From Octopus vulgaris (lineage: Eukaryota): 64,000 bases of DNA. This document shows, piece by piece, positions 53,201 through 64,000 of this stretch (the first letter of the stretch is position 1; each line of letters begins with the position of its first letter). The stretch spans positions 20,584,001-20,648,000 of the forward strand of contig OX597817.1 of NCBI GenBank assembly GCA_951406725.2, read 5' to 3'. The position numbers and the translations under genes were made by a program. Below the pieces are notes generated by a model that saw nothing but the letters and a program-made list of their open reading frames with translations, made no database searches and was not told the origin of the DNA.

Positions 53201-54223
53201 TAATTTGCATAGGGGAAGAATAATTAAGCAGTTAATTTACATATATGTAAATATGAAAACAATGTATATGTTACTAAACAAATTGTTTGGTGTATGGCAT
53301 ATTGACGACAATACCGTGGCCTATTGTTAAATATTAGTTGTGTAATTAAGGTGACCTCGAATAAATTTTGGAGAAGCTTTCTTAACGTTAACTTTTAGAA
53401 TATTTCGACTTGTGAATTTTACAAATTTAATATTGAATTAAATTTCTTCTAAATATTTGTCAAAGTATTGTCATTACACTCCTCGTTAAATATTAAGGTT
53501 TTTAAGCTGGTTTCAGCCAAACGACTTGTATGAATTCTATACATAAGTATATATATTCTCGTGAAAACTCAAATCTCAATTTGAATAAATAAAAGTAGCG
53601 TAGTAGGTGGAACTTTGCGCCTGATACTTCAGGTGTTATGTAGGTATTGAGGGTAAGTAGTTATATATGAAATTTGAAAGGAAAAAATAGAAACCCGTAG
53701 AGTTTTTATAATGGTGTATTTATTGAAATCATAGAAGAAAGTTTTGTGCTAAAAATTAATGGAAATTTTCTTGAAGAAATTAATTTTCATTTTGAAGAAT
53801 AGTTTTGTTATCATAAACGTTTCGGCTGGACTTCGATATAACGTTTTAAAAGGATGTGTTATATTCAGTTCAAATGATTCTTTGTACGTACCATCAGTAC
53901 CTTTGGTTAGGTTCAGACAAGAAGGCTTGTAAATCATAGAGTTCATCATAGGGGATATGTTGGACTGCAATTTAATTTAGTGTTGTTGTTATTAGATTTC
54001 TGTCAAGATATTCTAAACTCGGTATTTTTTGAAAATTGGCGAATGACGAAATATGTTACACGAAATATATATATTAAAGTTTGATATGTGTTTTTTTGTG
54101 TGTGGCTATTTATTTTAAAGTTATTTGCTGGTGGAAAAAAATTCACATGTAAATGCATAATTTTTTGTGTCACTAAGAAGGTACATATGTATACAAAGTG
54201 TGTATGTATAACTATATATCTAA

Positions 54224-54294
<71 letters not shown>

Positions 54295-54751
54295 TATATA
54301 TATGGGGTTGTAAGTATAAAATGGAGAACACTTTTGATCAACAAGCCACGATTAAGCTGTGATTGAAACTAGTGAGGATTTATTTAATAGTCATGAAGAT
54401 CATTAGAATTAAACATGTAGAATTAAATATATCCCACACGTGGATGCAACGAACAGAAATAATACTGACAACTTTACCTGAAATAATACACAACATAGAA
54501 ATACACCTAAAGTAAGTAACAAAACCCAGAGAACTCTAACTCACGACACTAACAGGATCGGAATTAGCAGCACTAAGAAGAACAATAATATAACAGAAAT
54601 ACAACGGGTGGAATAGCGAGGGGAACTAGGCGAGGGATGAGTGATGTCAATGAACCCACTAATCACAAAGGCCTCGGTAACAACTCAAAATATTACCTGC
54701 GGAAACAGAATCCTAGCGCAACTTTTGGCGGTATTAATGTGCATAGCCTAG

Positions 54752-54807
<56 letters not shown>

Positions 54808-54869
54808 TATATACATATATCTATCTATCAGAACAAATAGTATATCTGGACTTGTCTCTTTACCTTTTT

Positions 54870-54879
54870 TGTATATACA

Positions 54880-54939
<60 letters not shown>

Positions 54940-54959
54940 ACCTATCTCTCTCTCTCTCC

Positions 54960-54993
<34 letters not shown>

Positions 54994-55026
54994 GTATATA
55001 TATATATGTATATATATATATGTATG

Positions 55027-55071
<45 letters not shown>

Positions 55072-55100
55072 ACACATATATATATATACATATATATATG

Positions 55101-55156
<56 letters not shown>
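54870..55156. repeat. Imperfect (TA)n field
   Basis: Direct reading; further TA runs continue to about 56450. Confidence 0.97.
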
Positions 55157-55162
<6 letters not shown>

Positions 55163-55463
55163 TAAAAAATTCAGTAGAAATTTTTTTGCCACCAGCGGTT
55201 TAGTGAGAAAGAGAAAATAGTCACAGAATATGTATATAATTTCAACAACATTGAGGAACGGCCCCGATAGGCCATTCGACCCACTAGAAAGAGCAGCCAA
55301 GTCTCAAACCGCTAAATAGTAGTAATTCAGAAATTAAAGGAAAATTAAAAGACAATTACACTATTTATCTTTAGACAATGCATTGTTTCGACGTTCTTTA
55401 TGGCAAACCAGCCTAATTAAATATATATATATATATGAATATATATATATATATATATATGTA

Positions 55464-55514
<51 letters not shown>

Positions 55515-55639
55515 GATATATATATATATACATGCGCATATATAAATATATGTATATACAAAACAGTAAGGAGACAAGTCCAGGTAGGTATCAATTCAGT
55601 ATCACTATTTGTTCTGAGCGTACGTAGTATTAATTCCAG

Positions 55640-55740
<101 letters not shown>

Positions 55741-55844
55741 ACAAATAAATATGTGCATGTGTGAATTAATCTTCGGATATTTTTAATATCCACTATACCA
55801 CTGGAAAATCGATTAATATCAATTGTATGTGCCCATGTATATAC

Positions 55845-55877
<33 letters not shown>

Positions 55878-55925
55878 TATATATATATGCACAAAATAAA
55901 AATATTTTAATCTTCCGTTATTCAA

Positions 55926-55992
<67 letters not shown>

Positions 55993-56128
55993 CATATATA
56001 TATATATATATATATTTGCTGAAAGGGCCAAAGTATTTCGTTCTGAAGCTATTAGTAGTGATATACTATAAATTCTTAAAGTTATCTCTACAATTTCCTG
56101 TAGGAAACTTCTAGGGATAGTTTGAATG

Positions 56129-56185
<57 letters not shown>

Positions 56186-56216
56186 AGGAGGTTTCGAGGT
56201 CATGTACAGGTATTAT

Positions 56217-56340
56217 ATATTAGAAGAAATAAGGTACTCAGAAATCTGGTTGCTTTTACATTTATAGATTTTTATTAGTATGTCACATATTTTTATAGAT
56301 CATATCTTAGCGCTTGTATCTACCCTTGTAGAATCGCCAG
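56217..56340 (+). mobile_element. Single arm of the 28128 fold-back family
   Basis: ATATTAGAAGAAATAAGGTACTCAGAAAT...TTTTACATTTATAGAT...TTAGCGCTT parallels 28128-28247. Confidence 0.6.
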
Positions 56341-56347
56341 ATGTTAT

Positions 56348-56453
<106 letters not shown>

Positions 56454-57386
56454 TGTTTCATGTGCTAATAGTTTTATTGGTGTATATGACATTATGTACA
56501 ATTGTGTGTGCAAGTATATATATGCATGTATATGTACGTACTGATGGGTATAGACATATGAACATATTAGTGCAGATGTGCGTGAATATACTATATATTT
56601 ACACATATTTTAAACCTGTGTAAATATATTATATATTTATCAGCAGATGTGCTTATGGGGTTATTGTTCATCGCTATTAATCATCTTGATATAAATGCAG
56701 TGACATGCATTGGTCGAAATTCATATAATGTAAATATAATTGCCTACGCTTGAAATAGATAAGCAAATGACTAATAAATTATCCCTAGTCGCCAGAGATG
56801 AAACGTTCGCATATACACACTGTTTAAAATTTCTTAATAGAAAACTAATATCAAAAAGATTTTCAATCTCACTGATATATACTGTGTGATAAAGAGTATT
56901 ATCTAAAATCGTTCTTTAGTGAATCAAAAAATACCTCAGAAACGGACAGTATATACAAAGTATGTTGCGATCTGAATATGATATATTCCTTTACACCTTT
57001 TTCATCTATGCTTCACTGAATCCTAACCAATAACTACAATCCTCATTTCAAAACAAAATAAATTTCTTCGTCACTCTTTCCTATTAGAACACAAGCGACA
57101 TACACATACTTTCCTTCTTTCCATTATTTTCCCCGCTTCCATCACCTCTACAACTCCCCTCCCTCTGTAACCTGCACAGTTGTTAATCACAGTGTTCGGG
57201 ATCCCGAAATTGTTACTACAAAAGACCAACTTTAAGGATATTGTAATTCAAACTCTAAAGACATCCAGCAAACCGAAACTTGGAGGTGGCTCTCAAAACT
57301 TCCTTGTTGATGTTAATAAATAACATACGATACTAAAATTTACTGTGTAATCGTTCCCATCCCACATTAATACATATCTGTTTTAT

Positions 57387-57595
57387 GGCGGCGGGTTGGG
57401 CGAACCGTTAGCACGCCGGGAACATGTTTAGCGGCAGTTCGTCCATTATAACTTAATGAGTTCAAATTCTCCCGAGATCGATTTTGCTATTCCACATTTC
57501 GGAGTCGATAAAATAAGTACCAGTTGAACACTGAGGTTGATCTCGTCAACGATCACTGCTCTCGGTGTTGCTGGCCTTGTGTCAAAATTTAAAAC
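57387..57595 (+). mobile_element. SINE family B
   Basis: GGCGGCGGGTTGGGCGAACCGTTAGCACGCCGGG...GAGTTCAAATTC...TTTCGGAGTCGATAAAATAAGTACCAGTTG...GCTGGCCTTGTGTCAAAATTT. Confidence 0.8.
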
Positions 57596-58030
57596 CAATA
57601 CATACGTACATGCATGCATACATACATACATACTTACATACATACACACACACACATACATACATATATACATACATACATATATACATACATATATACA
57701 TGCACACATACATACATACATGCATACATACATGCATGCATACATACATAAATATATGCTTGTTTGCATAGATGGTTGTATGACAAGTTTATATATTTGT
57801 ATTTACAGGTGCAATCAATTAGACGGGCTTCCACCAATTTCGAGTTTTCTCGGTTTTACGCAAATTTTTCAGTCGACTCGAATCTATAGAAAATGATAAT
57901 TGCTCAAGATGTTACGCATTTGATTTATTAACCCTTTAGCTCCCCATCAAAGATTGATTACTCATGGCTGATTGTAGGCATATGTGTATACACGCGCTTT
58001 AGATACAAAATACATGTATATATTACACAT

Positions 58031-58330
58031 GTGGAGGCACATGGCCTAATGGTTACAGTAGCGGACTCGCGGTCGAAAGATCGCGAGTTCGAATCTCTGA
58101 CCGGGCGATGTGTGTGTTTATGAGCGAAACACCTAAGCTTAACGCGGCTCCGACAGAAGGTAATGGTAAACTTCTGCTGACTCTTTCACCACAACTTTCT
58201 TTCACACTTTCCTCCTGCATCTTGCAGCTCACCTGCGACGGACCGGTGTCCCGTCCAGGTGGGGAACCTATACACCAAGGAAACCGGGAAACTGGCCCTA
58301 TGAGCTAGGCGTGGCTCGAGAAGGAACAAA
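58031..58330 (+). mobile_element. tRNA-derived SINE with a family C head and a different, V-domain-like 3' part
   Basis: GTGGAGGCACATGGCCTAATGGTTA...GCGGACTCGCGGTC...GAGTTCGAATC, then CCTGCGACGGACCGGTGTCCCGTCCAGG (resembles the V-SINE domain), with an AACAAACA tail. Confidence 0.85.
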
Positions 58331-58985
58331 CATATATTACACACGTATGCATATAGAAGCATATACATATACAGACACCGTATGTGTATGAAGATTACTG
58401 AATTAGTTAAAAATGTAGCTTTATATAATTGACTAATTTGCGTGTGCACTTAGTTGCATTCGAGCTTATGAAACATTTGCTGCTATACTTCATGCATGAT
58501 ATTGTGTTGTTATGATTTAGAACATTCATCCAAGCTAGCGTTGTTCAACATATAAACATAAATATATTCTAAATGCTGAAAAACAATAATAAATATTATT
58601 TGGAATATTCTAGACGTTATGTTATTTTTAGGTTTGATTGTGTGAAGATATTATTTCATTCTTGCATGACGCCCATCGTTTTCCGGATGGCATGTTAGGA
58701 AATTATATTTCCTGATAGGATCATTATTTCCCGCATAATAGGATACACATTTTCCACTGGGCACCCCTATGTTAAATTTAGCACAAATACATATGTTGTA
58801 TGCAAAAAAGCAAAAAAATTCCCCAAAACAGAGAAAAAAAACTGAAGTATATTAAATATTCATTACAGTTGTAGATCTTTCAAAACTATTAATGTTATTA
58901 AATGTGATGTTAAAATTTCACTGAATGCACGAGTTTCAAATTTACACACACATGCACACACACGTATATGTATATTATATCTATA

Positions 58986-59058
<73 letters not shown>

Positions 59059-59062
<4 letters not shown>

Positions 59063-59130
59063 GGTTATTCTAAAGCCAATACACTGATTTATCCACTTAT
59101 AATGTGTATTGGCTTTAGAAATAACCCTCT
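59059..59130. repeat. Hairpin with 26/27-bp arms abutting (TA)n
   Basis: AGAGGGTTATTCTAAAGCCAATACAC - 19 nt - GTGTATTGGCTTTAGAAATAACCCTCT. Confidence 0.9.
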
Positions 59131-59254
59131 TTAGCCTTCGTAATTATATGATGTTTATACTTCAACCGTAACGGTTTTTTTAAATATACTGCCCACGCTT
59201 CCTGATGGATTCCTTTTCTGTACAGAAAGGGACTTCATCCTATATTGTATAGTA

Positions 59255-59376
<122 letters not shown>

Positions 59377-59427
59377 TGTGTAGATAGATGATAGATGATA
59401 GATAGATAGATAGATAGATATATGAAA

Positions 59428-59564
59428 TATAGGGAGTACACAAAAAACAAAAGACGAAGCCAGGTGTGGACAACAAACAGATGTATTAGTACACTGCTGT
59501 GAAGAGTCTTTAATTTTTCGAGCCCACGCTCTTCCACAGAAAGGAACAGAGAAAGTAACAAGTA

Positions 59565-59570
<6 letters not shown>
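59428..59570 (-). mobile_element. PLE pLTR-like remnant with eroded hammerhead, between microsatellites
   Basis: Minus strand 59543-59508: CTTT-CTGTGGA-AGAGC(GTGG)GCTC-GAAAAATT-AAAG. The plus strand starts TATAGGGAGTACAC, similar to the other termini. Confidence 0.6.
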
Positions 59571-59640
<70 letters not shown>

Positions 59641-59739
59641 TGTGTGTTGATATATATATACGTATATAAACATACACGCACATGTGCGCATGTGTGCGTG
59701 TAAATTTGAATAATCTATGAATTCAGTGAAACTAACCTC

Positions 59740-60845
59740 GATATGGACGTAGTCTGCTATCTTAGATATTTTTTTTTAAATCATTCTTTGATGTCCTCCA
59801 CATCTACCCTCGCATTCTTATGAGGCTATTTGGAAGAATATAATAGTTCTAGACCCTTGAAACAAAACACAAGCTCTTATAATATAGGGTCCCTATTATG
59901 GTTGGAGATGACGGAAGCTTTGGTGCTATGCAGTACTAACCATTTCAATTGTTGTTATAGCTTTCGATTACCCATTTAAGTACTAGAACTTCCATAATCT
60001 TCCATATATATATCGAAAATTCATGTCTTCTCACTAATGAGTAGAATGTCAGTCCCTTTCGAGTCTCCCATAGCTCATCTGTTGCACCAGCTCAATCTTC
60101 TTACTCTGATGGTTCTGGATTGCTTCTTTTTCCGCCATCGTTTTCTCAATCTGTGTCCACATTTGGATGCAGTAATTCATACTACTGAGAACGAAAGTTC
60201 TCCATAGAAGGAGCGTGGTATCCTTTATCCTGGTTCTGTATCATCTCAGAATCCATCCAAGTACTTGTTTGCACAAAATTTTCCCATTTTGGAAATATAC
60301 ATATGCAATATTGCATCATCACTCATTTGGATTCCCCAGTCACTCTCCAGTTCTTGCTCTTTCATTGCGCTACCCTTTGGTCCTTTGTATTCCAATAATA
60401 GTATGATTGTGGACCAATAATGGATTGCTTGAAACTTCTCAGCATCGATCTGCATTTTATTTTCAACAACCCACCTATGTATATATTACGCTCATGGCTT
60501 CACTGCCTGTGATACTCTTGTATCATTAACATAGCTCATGAAAGTGGCTGACTGCATGATTCAGGGCATGTCTGTGAGAATCGCCACAAACACTATTGGT
60601 CCCAGTAGAGTTTCCCGAGGGATTACGCCCGAGAAATAATATCCTCTCAGAAAAGGCACCATTCGTTGCACTCTTTGATGTCTGCTTTTTAAAAAAGATG
60701 TACATCCACTCTTCTTATTTTCCAGCGAGACGAATTTCAGGCAGTTTGTGACACATCGACCCGTGATAAACTTTGTCTACGAGTATGGCAACGTCGATAT
60801 ATATCACATCGTCATTCGAGTGATTGAGGAGTTGTTTCAGTTTTC
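59740..60845 (-). mobile_element. Heavily decayed CR1-clade LINE reverse transcriptase
   Basis: Minus strand: DVIYIDVAILVDKVYHG (DVIYLDFAKAFDKVDH)...FLKSRHQRV..NGAFSE..SGVIPRETLLGPIVF (SGVPQGTVLGP)...SYVNDT (YADDT)...EKFQAIHY...GWILR...LWRTFVLSSMNYCIQMW. Confidence 0.85.
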
Positions 60846-62231
60846 ATGTTGTATTTGCGTGAGGCAAATATATACTGTTCCCAATATAATTCAATATATT
60901 TAAGATCATTCTTTTTATATTTCCCTTTGTAGGGTGGTATTCTGCAACGTATACATTACTTTAGGCTATAAACCTCATTTTACCACCTCAAATTTTGTGG
61001 TGGTAAAATAAATAACTATATCTCTAATCTCACACTTATTTCAGTAACTGACTTCAGGCTTTTGTTTGTTGCCGTGCGCCATAATCTAAAATCGATATCT
61101 CACGAATTCTTATGGCACACGTACTAACAAATATCGAAACACATGTATACAATCATACGCACACATACATACAACATACATATATACACACATACATACA
61201 ATATACATATATACACACATACATACACGCAAACATAGTCACGCAAAGACACATACACTCATACACCCGAATATTTAATGGTGAGTCCTACTCCAGAAAC
61301 GAGTAAGGCGTTGTAACGGCTAACATGCTTTGACTATTCGTTTTATGTTGTCCCGAGCACAGAGAAACTCACTTTGAAATGCCTACCATTTAAACTGTGC
61401 AACAATGAGGAAGTGATAATTCGATAGAGAGAGAGGGATGAGTGTGAGATAGTGTGAGAGTGAAGCGGCGAGGTTGCGGGGAAAGAGAAAGAGAGCTGCA
61501 CCAGCACTTGACAGGCTAGTAAGCTTTAGCTTTGTACATTGGAGCAACATTAAATAGATAATTGATAAAGTATAGAATGTGTCACCTGCTCCAAGATTGG
61601 AAAACTCAACGCTAGGATAGCGAGGCGAAACCATAAAGCACTAGGCCACACTCCTTCGCAGAAATAACAGAGGCACACGCATGCAGACACACGCGAACAT
61701 ACACACACAAATACAAATATGCACAACTACTTACACATCCACAGGCTCACACGTAGACACACTGAGACAAACACACACTCACACACACACTCACACACAC
61801 ATATATATATATATATATATAGAAAGATGAGAGAGAGAGAGAAAGACCATCAACACTTTATGCGTGTATTTATTAGTCTAAGCATGCATATTTCAGTCCG
61901 TGTGCTGATAAAAGTTCTATAGGCATCGATGTTAAGGACGAAGCCAAATATGTCTAGAGAAAACTCAACAACGCACATTACTAGTGACCACAAAAAAAAG
62001 AGAAGTCACCTCGTTAATACTAGCGGGCATTTGTTTTTTTGTATATCTTCCTCATCGTCAAATATTAGATTGCTATTACAACTGATGTCATCAATATCGT
62101 TATCGTCATCTTCTTCTTCCCCATCACCTTCGATGTCGTCTTCTTACTCTCTTCTTACTCGCTTCAACATCACCACCACAGACGCCACCACTAACGCAAA
62201 AACAATCGCCACAGTCGCCACCTCTCCCACT

Positions 62232-62898
<667 letters not shown>

Positions 62899-62900
<2 letters not shown>

Positions 62901-63050
62901 TTCGTCTGTTTTTACGTTCTTAGTTCAAATTCCGCCTAAGTCAACTTTGCTTTTCATCCTTTCGTGATCGTTAAATTAAGTACTATTGAACATCTGGGGG
63001 CTATGAAATCTACTAGTACCCTCTCATAGCCTTGTGCCTATAATAGAAAG
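62899..63050 (+). mobile_element. SINE family B, 5'-truncated
   Basis: TTCGTCTGTTTTTACGTTCTTAGTTCAAATTCCGCCTAAGTCAACTTTGCTTTTCATCCTTTCG...TAAATTAAGTAC...GCCTTGTGCCTATAATAGAAAGG. Confidence 0.8.
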
Positions 63051-63052
63051 GA

Positions 63053-63079
63053 TTATAATTATTATTAATATTATTATCA

Positions 63080-63114
<35 letters not shown>

Positions 63115-63174
63115 ATTATTATTATTATTATTAGTAGTATTAGTAGTAGTAGTAGTAGTAGCAGCAGCAGTAGC

Positions 63175-63235
<61 letters not shown>

Positions 63236-63262
63236 ATAGCAGCAGCAGCAGTCGTAGTAGAA
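63053..63262. repeat. (TTA)n/(TAG)n/(CAG)n compound microsatellite
   Basis: Direct reading. Confidence 0.95.
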
Positions 63263-63564
63263 TACAAATTTACTCTGCAATAGTCCTTTCTGAAATAGTT
63301 TTGGGATATGGGGCTTGTCGATATCTTCGACACCACCGCTTAACTCTTACGTATTTCATCATCTGCAAAAGTATGGAGAGCAAAGTCGCCATTCTGTATA
63401 TGAAAGTAGGCATATGATTCTTGCCTCGCACACACAGGAATTGAAATCGAATACTTACGTTCGTTTCTCTGAGATCATACCATTAATATTTTCCTCACCA
63501 GACAATAATAAAATGGTGAATGTGACGATGATAATGGTGATGGTGTTAACTATGATTGCAAGAG

Positions 63565-63624
63565 AATAATAATAATAATAATGATACTGATAAAAGCAAC
63601 AATAACAACGACATCAATAACAAC

Positions 63625-63718
<94 letters not shown>

Positions 63719-63730
63719 GCAACAACAACG
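63565..63730. repeat. (TAA)n microsatellite
   Basis: Direct reading. Confidence 0.97.
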
Positions 63731-64000
63731 TCAGCAGCGCCAATAAATTATATATACTAACGAGAGGAAATTAGGATTGCAGAAATATAATAAAAGTATG
63801 AATATCGAATAAAGTATATAGAACAAATTGATGAAATATTACAAAAAAAAATTCAACATACATGAAAGAAAAACAGAAGTAATGTCCTGTGATAAAGTAT
63901 GAAAAAAATAGGCTTTATATAAAACTTTTCCTAACACAAGCTGTGCTCAACGGAGCGTAGTGAGCAGGGACTGTTTAGCACTACAAGAGGGAATACGCAT

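Overview
Very AT-rich, microsatellite-saturated eukaryotic DNA, intergenic or intronic in character. The tRNA-derived SINE and LINE repertoire looks like an octopus/cephalopod genome; this is recognition only, not verified by search. Almost all ORFs in the supplied track are artefacts of (TA)n, (CA)n, (TAA)n or (CAT)n repeats. Supportable content: (1) at least four tRNA-derived SINE families, including a head-to-tail trimer with an 18-bp TSD; (2) decayed Penelope-like element (PLE) GIY-YIG remnants; (3) a set of (TA)n-flanked fold-back elements carrying type I hammerhead ribozyme motifs, with intact-looking cores at 10808-10858 (-), 35626-35668 (+) and its mirror 35523-35565 (-); (4) a ~1 kb long-TIR element carrying a degenerate (CCCTAA)n telomere-type array; (5) a non-autonomous Helitron, a decayed mariner, and CR1 and R4/Dong LINE fragments; (6) a 100-N scaffold gap; (7) one credible host coding exon at 45834-46097 (+), with a strong Kozak context and four N-glycosylation sequons, resembling a GPCR N-terminus. 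The most notable system is the hammerhead/fold-back/(TA)n-associated PLE derivative set. Hammerheads in PLEs are established; the local architecture and apparent (TA)n targeting are inferences to test. All alignments and translations were done by eye.
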